This document shows, one piece after another, positions 50,628 through 60,974 of a stretch of DNA of 64,000 nt (positions within the stretch are counted from its first letter, which is position 1; each line of letters opens with the position of its first letter). Source of the DNA: an uncultured Verrucomicrobiae bacterium (GTDB lineage: Bacteria > Verrucomicrobiota > Verrucomicrobiia > Limisphaerales > Palsa-1400); contig CAVXRD010000003.1 in assembly GCA_963764165.1 (NCBI GenBank), positions 544,001-608,000 of the forward strand. Direction: 5' to 3'. The position numbers and the translations under genes were made by a program. The notes below the pieces were generated by a model. The model was not told the DNA's origin and made no database searches. It saw only the letters and a program-made list of their open reading frames with translations.

Positions 50628-53600
50628 TCAAGGCGGCAATATGGCCAAGCGGTAGAAGCGTTGGGGCGCGCCGCCCAGATTGTTGGTCAGGCTCAAGCTC
50701 GCGCCGGTTCCGTCGACGGGTGAAGTAAGCGGTATCCAATATGTATCCGTCAGGTTCGTTTTGTATTGCACCTGATAAGACTGGCCGGTCAATCCCTGCC
50801 ACGACAGAACCACATTCGTGCCCGCGGCTTGGGCCGTCATCGGAACGGCAGTCAAATTTGCGGTCGGTGTTGCCGAGAATGTGAGATTGTCGATGGCCAA
50901 ACCTTGTGATTTGCCAGCGGGGCTGGACATTTCCCACACGAGCCACAGCGCGGCGTCGGAAGGCCACGCGTAGATTGCCTGATTGGTTACGGAAAGAATT
51001 GCCTGATTATTGGTGGCTGTTCCATCCACCGCCGCGCCGCCTGCATCGCCGGCCACGATTGGGAAATTCACGTTGAGCGCTGAAATATATGCGGTCGCGC
51101 TGGTGGTGAATTTGTTGGTCGCGGTGTTGTCAATCAAATAGTAGAATTGCAGTGTTTTGGCCAGATTCGATTGCCGCCAGACTTCCGCCGTGAATTGCAG
51201 GTTGATGTAATTGAGCGTTTCGCCAGTGCCGTTGATCAGGCGCAAACCAAACGCGGTGTAACCCGTTGTGCTCGTGGCCAGCAACCCGAGCGCGCGATTC
51301 GAGGCATTCTCCGGGCCGAAGCTGATTTGCCCGCCGGTTGTCTGGTCGCCATCGGTCGCTCCGAAACGGACACCCACGCTCGAAGTCGGATCCGCCAAGC
51401 CGTACCATCCCGCCATCCCGGCAAGGCCAAGACCTCCGGTGAAACCGCTCGCGCTGACGGGCGCGGCGAAATCGTACGGATTGGGGAGCGAGTAGGCAAC
51501 GCCATCAATCGTCACCGGATTTGCGGAATCGACTGATTTTGAACCAGGATCTGGCAGTGAATCAAAGTTCTGCGAATAAACCGAGCCCGCCGCCACATAG
51601 GGAACGAACGACGCGCCAGACGCGCTGGAGGCATTGTTTGTGCCGCCGGGCGTCGGCGCGGCAAACACCTCGCGCACGAAACTTTGCCCGTCAGGCACCG
51701 AGCCGTAGGAATAATTCGGCAGCAGATTGTTGTAATTGATATAATCCAGCACTTGATATTGCCCGTTGGTGTAGCGGCTCAATCCGACTGATCCAGTCGA
51801 GGCAGGCAGAGTGAAATTCGCGTGAAGCTCGTTGGTGGTGGAAAGGTTCGTCTGGCCGTCGGCAAAGACCACGAGGAATTGCCCCGCGCGAATGACGGCG
51901 TTGGTGAGGATCGGCGATTGCCCGAAATTCGTATAATTATCGGAAAGATACAGCCCGCCCAGCGAGACGTTGGTTGCGCTCGGATTGTAGATCTCGATCC
52001 ACGGCCCGCGCTGCCCGGCGCTGTTCGTAATGCCGGTTAAATTTTGCGGCTCGACTTCGTTAATCCAGAGCGGCTGGAAGGTGGGAAGCGCTTCCGCCAC
52101 CGCGTTCGTTTGGCCTGGATTCGCGGCCGCCGCCGCCCAATTTCCAACACGCCAATTGTCCTGATGCGCATCAATCAATTGAAGTGAATAGCCCGTGCCG
52201 GAATCATTTGTGGCCCACGGCAAGACGCTGTCAAATTGAACTTCCGCGACAACGGTGTTCGAAGAGCCGCTCGGCTCCGTCAACGCAAGAAGCTGGCTCG
52301 GCTGCAATGTGCCGGTAAAAACGTCGAACAACGTATTTGTCACGCCATAGGCGGCTGCATAAGCCGTCTGGCTCGATCCGAGCATCAGAATGCCGCCGGG
52401 CGCGATGCTGGCGCCGTTCGAGAAGGTGTAAGAAAGCGCCGGAATTTGCCAGCCTGACAAATCAAAAGTCGTGTTCGTCGAATTGTTGTAGAGCTTGACG
52501 AATGCCGCATCTGGAGAAATCGGATCAAACATGATTTCGTCAATCACGACGCGCCCAACCGGCGATGGAACAGTCCCGCTGTAGACAACCGCGAGGTTGC
52601 TGGAATACCCCGCGATGGCCACCAGATTGGTCGCCATGCCAACGACGTTCAACTGATTTGTCCCGGCGCGCAATGGAACGGCGACCGAGAAATTCGTCAG
52701 CGTTGTCCAAGTAATGGGCCACGCCTCGCCGTTGATCCAAACAGTATCCACCGAAACCGGCGCGGTGCCCGTCACGTAGGCCACGTTATTGCTGATGGTG
52801 ACGTTCGGATTGACCGCGAAATTCGTCGCGTTGACGGCGTTCAATTGCTGGGAAATGCTCGCCTGCGCGGCGGCAATCCACGGAATCATCGCGCTGTCGG
52901 GATCTTCCACGCTGAGGCCGTTGGCGACGAACGCATTGTATTTCGCGTGAATCAAAGCGCCGGTGTAGAGGCTCAAATTCATCGCGCCGTTGACCAAAGT
53001 CTGCTGCGCGCGCCAATACATGCGAAGGAACGCGGGCGTGTTGTAAATCTGCCCCATGTTGGGATCGTTAGAGTCGTATTGGAGAAGATTCGCGCCTGGC
53101 CCGATGGATTCCGGGCCCCCAAGATCAATGTTCAAATCCCAAGGCATCAAAGTGTATTTTGTGCCAGCGGCCCCGATGTAGCCGTACATGTTCTGGCTGA
53201 TTTCCGTCCCGAATGAATCGATGTTTCCAGCGGCGTGGTTGGCGGCGAACACGCTCATCCATTCCTGCATGTTGGCAATGTTCTCCATGTTTTGGACGTA
53301 ATTCGGGCTCGCCGACGAATTGGCGGCATCGACCAGCGAGAAGACATTCGTAAAATCGTTGAAAGTGTCTGGCGTGCGGCGGATTTCGTAATTGAAGCGG
53401 TAACGCGCCGGCTTCTTGACTCCACCTGTCGTCGTAAACGGCAGAAGATAACAATAGGCTTCCGCCGTCGTCCCGATGGAATAACCGGAGAGATTCGGCG
53501 CGAATTCAAACCACGGCTGCATCTTGTAGAGGAAACCGCCTGTGTCGTTCGGGAAATATTGCTTGACCATGTCGCTGTCCGGCACCTGCGCATCCTCCAT

Positions 53601-56600
53601 CAAATTCCCGCCGCGCCGGTTGCCATTGACGTAGACAGCCACATAACGGCGATAGCCCCAAGGCGCGCCGACTGCGCGCACGAACGACCATGTCGTCTGC
53701 TCGCGTTGCAGCGTCAAATCGTCTCCGGGGGAATTGCCGGGCTGGTGAATTTTGTTGAAGGACGTTAACCCGAGAAATTTGTCGTCATCGGGAAAATCCA
53801 AATCGTAGGCGCACAAATTTCCGATTGGCGAATCAAACTCCTGATGGAATGGGCTGCCGGAATAATGCCCCGAGCCATTGTAAATAATTCGATTGTTGCC
53901 ATAGACGAAGGTGAAATCGTTGCCCTCATTGCTGAGATCGCCGAGGTTGGCCCACCGCGTCACGTTTGTTTGCGTAAGCCACAAGTGATAAACGCCGAAA
54001 CTGCCACCCGGATTCCCATCGCCGAACATGACCACGCATTCGCGAACGGGCGAGTTGTCCGTGAGCAGGGCCGGAAATCGTGTTGACGCTCCTTGATTGT
54101 CGGTGGCGACGGCGTAGAATCCTACAATTGTCCCGGCGCCCTGTCCGGGTATCGTCGCGCTGTAAACACCATCGTGGGCGATCACATCGCCGCCGGTTCC
54201 ATTGTCATTCATGGCCACGCTCGAATAACTGGCGCTCGGATCAATGCGGTAATACAGGATCACGCTGCGGATCCCGTCGGGGTCGTTCACGTTCATCGTG
54301 ACGACGATATTGGAATTCGCCGCGGGCACCGCCGGGCTGTGACTCACCAGATACATCGCCGGGCCGGCGTTGGTGATGTATTTGCTATTGGGAGCGCCTG
54401 GAGTTCCAAGATTGCGTGGCACCGGCAAAACCGCTGGAGCATCAAGCCAGTTCCCGTTGAGGCGAAAATCCGGTTCCGGTTCTCCATGAATCCATCGGGC
54501 CATGTAACTCAGCGTTACGATGTCGCCTGCCGCCATTTTGTTGGCCGTCAGGGTGACTTCGCAGGAATTCTCCGCGGGCCAGAATTTATCCGAGTCGCGA
54601 ATATGCAAGCAGTAATTGTTAGTGTAACCGGGGCTCTCGACACTCGAACGGACGTGGCTTCCCTGGAAAGACCAATTGGCCGTGCCGCTGTTGAAATTCG
54701 AATTCGGCACATAGTTGGTTCCATTCCAAATGACCTGGACGTTGTCAACCAAACATTCGCCCGCATCCAGAATGCCAATTTGCGCATGGGCGATGGAGGA
54801 TTCGTAATTTGCGCCGTTGTCCAGCACGCCTGTGTTCTGCACAAGCACCCATGAGGACTTTTGCGATTCGTCGCTGTCCGCCCAATTGGCGGCCAGGCGA
54901 TGGTTGCTGTGCGGGTCAATTAACTCCAGGCTGCTGCCGCCCCCGCCCGACCATTCTCCCCAGCGCCCGCCGGTACCATAAGTGACTTCGTCTTCAACGA
55001 CCATGATTGTGTTCGTGCCATTCAACGGCATGGGCATGGCCAGCGCGACGCGCTCGCCGCTGTGCGACAATTTTCCGGAATAATCGCCGTAAGTGTTGGC
55101 GGCATTCAGATTCGGATAATTCGAGAAAAGCTCGGTCGCATTTTCCGCCACCACAACATAACTGTTTGGCCCGATGCTGGCGTTCGTCGGAAAAGTGAAT
55201 GTCACGCCGGCGGTAAATTGCCAGCCAGCGAGGCTCACCGTGTTCGTGCCTTGATTGTAAAGCTCGATGTACTGGTCGGCATCGTTCCCGCTGATGGGGT
55301 CATACATCAATTCGTTGATGACGATATTGCCAATCTCTATGGCGCTGTTGTTTGTCCCGGCTGTCAACGATTGCAGCGGATAAAAATCATTCGCCCCATC
55401 CGGCCAGCGCCCTAGCGAAACGCCATTTGCCTGCGCTTCATACTGCACTGCGTCAAGCACGCGGCTGCCGTCCGGTTTGATGAAATAAATGGTATCTCCG
55501 GCTGGGTTCAGCGTGAATCCATCTGACGCGGGGAACGAAACAAATCCCGCCGGGCCAATCGTTGTTCCCGCAGGAATCACAAATTGGTTCACCGCCGTAT
55601 TGTCCGTCAGAATGCATCCGGAAACATCAACTGTTTGCTTGCTGTGATTGTAAAGCTCGACGAACGGCGGCAGGGCGGGATTTTCGGAGTGCGCCAGAAT
55701 TTCGTTAATGACCACATTGCGCAGCGGGCTCGGATGGAACGACTCCATCTGTCCCGGCGTGCCATTGGTGGCGTCGCTGATCGACCACGCGCGCGGATCC
55801 CCTTCCCCGTAGCTTGGGTTGGCCAGAATCATTGAGTGGCCGGATCCCGACGCCGCAAATGGCCAGGGTGGAGCGCCCGTGAAAGGAACTGTCAAGAGAA
55901 TAGATCCATGCTCGTCGATCAATTGCAGCGTCTCGGAATGTTTCAAGCTGCCGGTGTAAGGCCCAATGACATTCGTAATGCCGTAAACGCTTTGAATACT
56001 CGACGGAGAAGCCGCCACCACCAAAAACCCGCCACCCGGAATGATGGTGTTCGGCGGAATCGTGTAATTCATATCCGCGCAGGTCAGTTTATAATTGCTG
56101 ATGTCGTGAAACCACGGATTCGAATTGAACAGTTCGATGTATTCAACGTTGTTTCCGTCGGTGCGCGGGGCCGGCTTCCACATGATCTCCGAAATCACGA
56201 TCGGCGTTGTGCGGCTGCACGCGGCGAGCGGCTCGTATGGGTACGTCTGCGTTCCGACGATTGAATTCGCGGGCGTGTTGCTGATCTGCGTGAATTGGGC
56301 GGTGACCGTTTGATTCGTCGTATCGCTGTCCACCGAAAAACCGAGGTAAACCTGGTTCGACATGGCAATCGTTTCACTGGCCAGCAGCGTCCACGTTTGC
56401 CCGTCGTAACTCGCGAATCCGCTGAACAAATTCCCCACACGATTCAAGCGCAGCCATGTATTTGGGTAATTGTCCGGAAAACTTCCGCCCGATTGGCTGG
56501 CGCTGCCCGCCGGATCGCGCCACTCGAAGAAACAGCCGTTGATGGCCGGCGTGGACAGCGCGGCGGCAAATCTCCCGCCGGAAGTCAGCGTCTCCCGTGC

Positions 56601-59075
56601 CATCAATCCAGCCTTGGCCCAAGTGTCCGACAAGCTCAGTCCCGCCACGCGCACCGCAATGTCAAAATTTCCGGTGGCAGCCTTGTAGGAAAATTGAAAT
56701 TGATCCGCGCTCCCGCCGATGGCCGTTCCGCCGCCCGTTATTGTGATCCCGTTGCTGACCACAGACTGAGATCCCTGAAACGCTGGCCCCCCAATCGGGA
56801 TCGGCGCGTAAACGCTGGCGGTGAAAGTGACCTGCGAATTGGGCGCAATCACATTGGCGTGCGACGTCTGGTCGGAAACATTGTTGACTGTTAGAACGTA
56901 ATTGCTTTGATCGATCATCGTCCCCACGCTCAGCACGACGTTGCTTTGCGAAGCATCCTGCGCCGCCGCGGAAATCGACAGGTTGCCACCGGGCCCGGAA
57001 ATGGAATAGTTGGCGAGATTGGTCGCGGTGTCGGCGGTGAGGCGTTTTGAAAAATAAACTTCCACCTGGTTCAAGCCGAGCGTTTGCGCCCCCAACAACA
57101 CTGGAGGATTTGTGTCCGCAATCACGGTCAAAACCGCGACAACGCTCGTGGCGGTGTAAGTCGTGTTGCTGACCACGTTGGAACCGATGGCCCAAAATTG
57201 CGCGCCGTTGTCGGCAAAAGGAACGGCTGCGATGGAATAACTCGAATTCGTCGCTCCAGGAATGGCCGCGCCATTCATGAACCATTGCAACGTCGGATAC
57301 GGATTTCCCAGGCCCTCGACGTTGAAAGTAACCGGATTCAACTCCAGCACGGTCTGGCTGGCGGGTTCGTTCGTCAGGAAGAAGACCGGTTGCGGCGGCG
57401 CGATCATACCGCTAATAGCGTAAATCGCGGTGGCGGCGGCGGAGGTGGCCTGGCTGAAGGAAATGCTCGCCAGCGGCTTGTTGCTCGCGCCAAGCGCGGA
57501 CGCGAGGTTAATAGTCGTCTGGTAAAATCTCGGATTAGTCGGCCCCCCTTCCGCCGTGCCGCTGGAAATCGCAATTCGATCCGTTCCAGCCAGCGCGTAA
57601 GGCGTGTTGTTAAACCAGTCGGGCGCGCCGTAACTGGCTTGATAGGTCGTGCCGTCGGTAAAAGTGAAGACCGCCGTCCCCGCGCTGCCCGCTGTCGCAT
57701 TGGCGGAGTTGGCGAGAATGCCGATCGACTGGTAAACCTGAGGCGAGGCAAGAGTAAGCGCGCCCGTCAAAATTCCAGTATCTGAACTGAGAAGAAGCGC
57801 GTTATTTCCCGTATATGGCTGGAATTGAAACTGCGTTCCATCAACTGCGCTGAGAAATGATCCCGATTGCGGCAGCCCGTAGGTCGTCCCGGGCAGGCCG
57901 GATTGATAAAAGCACTTTCCTTCCCCGGGATTCAACTCCGCGGCGTAAGCCGTATAGGGCGGCCCGCTGGCGGTGTTTTCAATGACCAAATCCGCATTAT
58001 AACCGGTCGCCGCCACCGGCGTCATAACGGGCGTCACCGTCAATGTAACGACACTGCTGGTGACGCTGTGAACGGCATTGCTGACGAAATTGGACGCCGT
58101 CAGATAAAAGCTGGCGCCGTTGTTGGAATAGCCAACGGAATTCAGCGTCAGCGTGTAGTTTGTGGCCCCAGCCAACGCCGATCCGTTCTGAAACCATTGC
58201 AGCGCCGGATAGGGGTTGCCTGTGACGGTTGCGGAAAAAGTCACAGAGTTAAACTCGGTCACCGTTTCGTTCGCCGGCTGTTGGATGATGGCGGCCGGCG
58301 ATTGATTGAGCAATTCTCCGCTCACGGCATAAATAGCCGTCGAGCCCGCCACACCATTTTGACTTCCCGCCGCCTTGGAGAACGACAGGCTCGCCAGGGC
58401 TTTATTGGCATTTCCCAAGATGGCCTGCAGATTGATGGTGGTTTCGTAAAATCGCGGATTGTTCCCACCGGTTGTGGCCGCGCCGGTGGAGAGATTCACG
58501 CGGTCAACGCCGCCAAGAGCGACGTTGTAGGTATTATTAAACCAATCCGGCGCATAATAATTCGTCACAAACGTGCTGCCATCGGCGAACGTGCACAGCA
58601 CTTGACCAGCCCCAGTGCTGTTGCCGTTCGCCGAGTTGGCGATGACGGCTATCCGGTTGTAAACGGTTGGATTGGCAAGAGTCAACGTGGCAGTGGTGGC
58701 CCCCGTATCCGAACTCAGAACCAGCGCGTTGTTGGCCGTGTAAGGCTGGAATTGAAACGTGGTGCCGTCGCCCGTCGCGCTGACAAACGAGCCGGTGGCT
58801 GGAAGCCCGTCATTGTATCCAGACAATCCGTGCTGATAAAACGCCGTCCCCTCGTTCGGGTTGAACTCGAGCGCATAACTCGTATACGGCGGCCCAACAG
58901 CCGTATTCTCGATGACAATGTCCCGATTCCATCCTGAGAGAATGATCGGCGTCATGTTGCTGGCCTTGGAATTCAAAGCCAAAGCCAGTTGGAGGGCGAG
59001 GAGGAAAACAAAGACCGCAAAGGGTCCGCGACGGAGTCGGATATTATCGTGCATAAAGACGCAGGAGTGGCTCAA
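50628..59075 (-). CDS. Giant secreted multidomain protein: tandem novel domain+Ig units, lamin-tail domains, CotH-like kinase, C-terminal FYRL domain
   Basis: Signal peptide; Ig motifs (QWFQNG..LAGATN); repeated VI(S/N/D)EIM..(Y/F)(I/V)ELYN lamin-tail motifs; CotH-like YVNG..G.LYK..DSF..N.Y..PWD; start may be 59054. Confidence 0.85.
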   Translation of the reverse strand: MSHSCVFMHDNIRLRRGPFAVFVFLLALQLALALNSKASNMTPIILSGWNRDIVIENTAVGPPYTSYALEFNPNEGTAFYQHGLSGYNDGLPATGSFVSATGDGTTFQFQPYTANNALVLSSDTGATTATLTLANPTVYNRIAVIANSANGNSTGAGQVLCTFADGSTFVTNYYAPDWFNNTYNVALGGVDRVNLSTGAATTGGNNPRFYETTINLQAILGNANKALASLSFSKAAGSQNGVAGSTAIYAVSGELLNQSPAAIIQQPANETVTEFNSVTFSATVTGNPYPALQWFQNGSALAGATNYTLTLNSVGYSNNGASFYLTASNFVSNAVHSVTSSVVTLTVTPVMTPVAATGYNADLVIENTASGPPYTAYAAELNPGEGKCFYQSGLPGTTYGLPQSGSFLSAVDGTQFQFQPYTGNNALLLSSDTGILTGALTLASPQVYQSIGILANSANATAGSAGTAVFTFTDGTTYQASYGAPDWFNNTPYALAGTDRIAISSGTAEGGPTNPRFYQTTINLASALGASNKPLASISFSQATSAAATAIYAISGMIAPPQPVFFLTNEPASQTVLELNPVTFNVEGLGNPYPTLQWFMNGAAIPGATNSSYSIAAVPFADNGAQFWAIGSNVVSNTTYTATSVVAVLTVIADTNPPVLLGAQTLGLNQVEVYFSKRLTADTATNLANYSISGPGGNLSISAAAQDASQSNVVLSVGTMIDQSNYVLTVNNVSDQTSHANVIAPNSQVTFTASVYAPIPIGGPAFQGSQSVVSNGITITGGGTAIGGSADQFQFSYKAATGNFDIAVRVAGLSLSDTWAKAGLMARETLTSGGRFAAALSTPAINGCFFEWRDPAGSASQSGGSFPDNYPNTWLRLNRVGNLFSGFASYDGQTWTLLASETIAMSNQVYLGFSVDSDTTNQTVTAQFTQISNTPANSIVGTQTYPYEPLAACSRTTPIVISEIMWKPAPRTDGNNVEYIELFNSNPWFHDISNYKLTCADMNYTIPPNTIIPGGGFLVVAASPSSIQSVYGITNVIGPYTGSLKHSETLQLIDEHGSILLTVPFTGAPPWPFAASGSGHSMILANPSYGEGDPRAWSISDATNGTPGQMESFHPSPLRNVVINEILAHSENPALPPFVELYNHSKQTVDVSGCILTDNTAVNQFVIPAGTTIGPAGFVSFPASDGFTLNPAGDTIYFIKPDGSRVLDAVQYEAQANGVSLGRWPDGANDFYPLQSLTAGTNNSAIEIGNIVINELMYDPISGNDADQYIELYNQGTNTVSLAGWQFTAGVTFTFPTNASIGPNSYVVVAENATELFSNYPNLNAANTYGDYSGKLSHSGERVALAMPMPLNGTNTIMVVEDEVTYGTGGRWGEWSGGGGSSLELIDPHSNHRLAANWADSDESQKSSWVLVQNTGVLDNGANYESSIAHAQIGILDAGECLVDNVQVIWNGTNYVPNSNFNSGTANWSFQGSHVRSSVESPGYTNNYCLHIRDSDKFWPAENSCEVTLTANKMAAGDIVTLSYMARWIHGEPEPDFRLNGNWLDAPAVLPVPRNLGTPGAPNSKYITNAGPAMYLVSHSPAVPAANSNIVVTMNVNDPDGIRSVILYYRIDPSASYSSVAMNDNGTGGDVIAHDGVYSATIPGQGAGTIVGFYAVATDNQGASTRFPALLTDNSPVRECVVMFGDGNPGGSFGVYHLWLTQTNVTRWANLGDLSNEGNDFTFVYGNNRIIYNGSGHYSGSPFHQEFDSPIGNLCAYDLDFPDDDKFLGLTSFNKIHQPGNSPGDDLTLQREQTTWSFVRAVGAPWGYRRYVAVYVNGNRRGGNLMEDAQVPDSDMVKQYFPNDTGGFLYKMQPWFEFAPNLSGYSIGTTAEAYCYLLPFTTTGGVKKPARYRFNYEIRRTPDTFNDFTNVFSLVDAANSSASPNYVQNMENIANMQEWMSVFAANHAAGNIDSFGTEISQNMYGYIGAAGTKYTLMPWDLNIDLGGPESIGPGANLLQYDSNDPNMGQIYNTPAFLRMYWRAQQTLVNGAMNLSLYTGALIHAKYNAFVANGLSVEDPDSAMIPWIAAAQASISQQLNAVNATNFAVNPNVTISNNVAYVTGTAPVSVDTVWINGEAWPITWTTLTNFSVAVPLRAGTNQLNVVGMATNLVAIAGYSSNLAVVYSGTVPSPVGRVVIDEIMFDPISPDAAFVKLYNNSTNTTFDLSGWQIPALSYTFSNGASIAPGGILMLGSSQTAYAAAYGVTNTLFDVFTGTLQPSQLLALTEPSGSSNTVVAEVQFDSVLPWATNDSGTGYSLQLIDAHQDNWRVGNWAAAAANPGQTNAVAEALPTFQPLWINEVEPQNLTGITNSAGQRGPWIEIYNPSATNVSLGGLYLSDNYTNFGQSPILTNAVIRAGQFLVVFADGQTNLSTTNELHANFTLPASTGSVGLSRYTNGQYQVLDYINYNNLLPNYSYGSVPDGQSFVREVFAAPTPGGTNNASSASGASFVPYVAAGSVYSQNFDSLPDPGSKSVDSANPVTIDGVAYSLPNPYDFAAPVSASGFTGGLGLAGMAGWYGLADPTSSVGVRFGATDGDQTTGGQISFGPENASNRALGLLATSTTGYTAFGLRLINGTGETLNYINLQFTAEVWRQSNLAKTLQFYYLIDNTATNKFTTSATAYISALNVNFPIVAGDAGGAAVDGTATNNQAILSVTNQAIYAWPSDAALWLVWEMSSPAGKSQGLAIDNLTFSATPTANLTAVPMTAQAAGTNVVLSWQGLTGQSYQVQYKTNLTDTYWIPLTSPVDGTGASLSLTNNLGGAPQRFYRLAILPP

Positions 59076-59421
59076 AAACCGTCTCCTTGTGCAGGGTGCA
59101 GAATATCCAAACCGGAACCGCGTTGCCAGTGTTTTTTACAAAAATGTCACTTGACGAAATCCGAATAGTTGCCCACTTCAGCCGACGAGTGATTTCAACC
59201 AGGGCCGAAGTCGATCACTACACTAGGCTAAAAGACCTGCGGCCGAAGATTCCGTTCAACAGCGGCCCACAAATGCGTTATTACATTGGCCCGGCGCTTT
59301 TCCGGTTTTTCAGCGGCGCCAGAGGCATGGCATCAGTGCAGAAACGGCCAAATAAATCCACGGGTAGGGCAGCGGGAACACTTTGACTTTCAACCCCAAA
59401 CGGCGCAGAATAAAATTCAGC

Positions 59422-59703
59422 GTGAGCACCGAGACAAACATTTTAATTCAACGCGCAGCCGCCGAACTCAAAACCGCTGGCGCGCGGGAAGTTTATGTTT
59501 TCGGCTCCGCTGCCAAAGGAACAGGTGATGCCGATTCCGATCTCGACCTGGCGGTTTCCGGCCTGCCCCCGTCGGTGTTTTATCGCATGGGCGCGCGGGT
59601 CAGCGATTTGATCGGCCGTTCGGTTGATCTGATTGACTTGGACAGCAACACGCCGTTCACTCGCTACCTGCGCACGGAGAATGAACTCGTCCGAGTGGGA
59701 TAA
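59422..59703 (+). CDS. Minimal nucleotidyltransferase (MNT) antitoxin
   Basis: YVFGSAAKG....DSDLDLAV..VDLIDLD (GSx10DxD). Confidence 0.88.
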   Translation: MSTETNILIQRAAAELKTAGAREVYVFGSAAKGTGDADSDLDLAVSGLPPSVFYRMGARVSDLIGRSVDLIDLDSNTPFTRYLRTENELVRVG

Positions 59704-60139
59704 ATTCCGCAAGCAACAAACCACAGAACGCGAACAATTGAAGCGATTGCTGTGCAGCATTCAAGGACTTCTCGCCAAATGCCGCAGCACGGACCCGACT
59801 GAAATTGAATTGTCCGCGCTCGCAGCCTCGCTCCATTCTTTCTACACTGGCGTGGAAAATATATTTAAGCGCGTGGCGGTCGAGCTGGACGGCGAGCCGG
59901 TGCGCGGCGATTCCTGGCACCGCGAACTCTTGCTGCGAATGAAATCACCGGCGGCTCGCCGCCCGGCGCTGCTCTCGGAAGAACTTCACGACTCATTGAA
60001 TGAATACCTGCGTTTCCGCCATGTCTTCCGCAACGCCTATTCTTTTGACTTGGACTGGCAGAAAATGTCCCCGCTGGTGTTGCGCCTGGAAGAGACATTC
60101 AAACTTCTGGAAAAAGCTTTGGATGATTTTATAAAATGA
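59681..60139 (+). CDS. HEPN-domain (HepT-like) toxin
   Basis: LHSFYTGVENIF..SWHRELL..FRHVFRNAY; overlaps the MNT gene. Confidence 0.82.
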   Translation: MNSSEWDKFRKQQTTEREQLKRLLCSIQGLLAKCRSTDPTEIELSALAASLHSFYTGVENIFKRVAVELDGEPVRGDSWHRELLLRMKSPAARRPALLSEELHDSLNEYLRFRHVFRNAYSFDLDWQKMSPLVLRLEETFKLLEKALDDFIK

Positions 60140-60172
60140 GCGCATGACACGCTCTCACGTCAACACAGGCCG

Positions 60173-60249
60173 GGGTCAGATCAACACATTACACACATCA
60201 TGGCGAGGAAATTGGGAGAGACAAATATGTCATTATGTTGGTCTGACCC
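60173..60249. repeat. REP-like inverted repeat (gggtcaga...tctgaccc)
   Basis: gggtcagatcaaca pairs with tgttggtctgaccc, 1 mismatch. Confidence 0.55.
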
Positions 60250-60518
60250 GTCCTCATTCGTGACCCCTCCTCATTCGTTGCTTCCGGCACAAAACGAATT
60301 ACGCTCGCAAGATGCCTTGACGCCAAACCATACGAAATCGGAGTTGCCAGGGCGGCGTCATCGCTTTTGATCCTGCTTTCGAGCGAACATCGCAGCAAAG
60401 AACCACTCCCCGTTTTTAACGCGCGGGTCAGGGACCGGGCTGACAACTTCGTGTTTCAGCGCCTTCCGCAGCGGCTTCCCGGAGAGCTTGACGGCGGCGC
60501 CGCGCTCGGTTGACTCTG

Positions 60519-60615
60519 GCATCCCGCCGGGATGCGGGGAGATTTTTGGGAAATGTTTCCGGTGGTGTCGCTTCGCTCAACGACCGGCTACTCTCTTGCA
60601 TCCCGGCCGGGATGC
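60519..60615. repeat. Tripartite palindromic REP-like element
   Basis: gcatcccgccgggatgc ... ccggtggtgtcgcttcgctcaacgaccgg ... gcatcccggccgggatgc. Confidence 0.65.
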
Positions 60616-60974
60616 CCGTTTACGGGACGAAATGTCGCAGTAAATGTTGGATTCCTCGCTGTTTTGAGCGGAACAGCCGCGCAATCTTGCTCGGACGGGC
60701 GCGCCCCCCGTCCGCCTGCAACACTCCTGCCCCGCGCCCCGTCGTTTTTTTGCCTTCGGTCCGGCCTGAACAATTGATGTCTCGTTTGTCATGCCTCCAT
60801 AATTCCACCAAAGCGTGTAATTGCAATGTTAATTGACAAGAAGGGCCTTTCGGCCTTATGTTTCTCCATGCAGCCGCCAGGGCGTGTTCTTTGATATTTT
60901 GGGATTCCGGCACCAGGGGGCGGTCGTTCTTCAGCGACAGTCGGGCACGGGGGCCAAATAAGTCGTGCTCGGGC

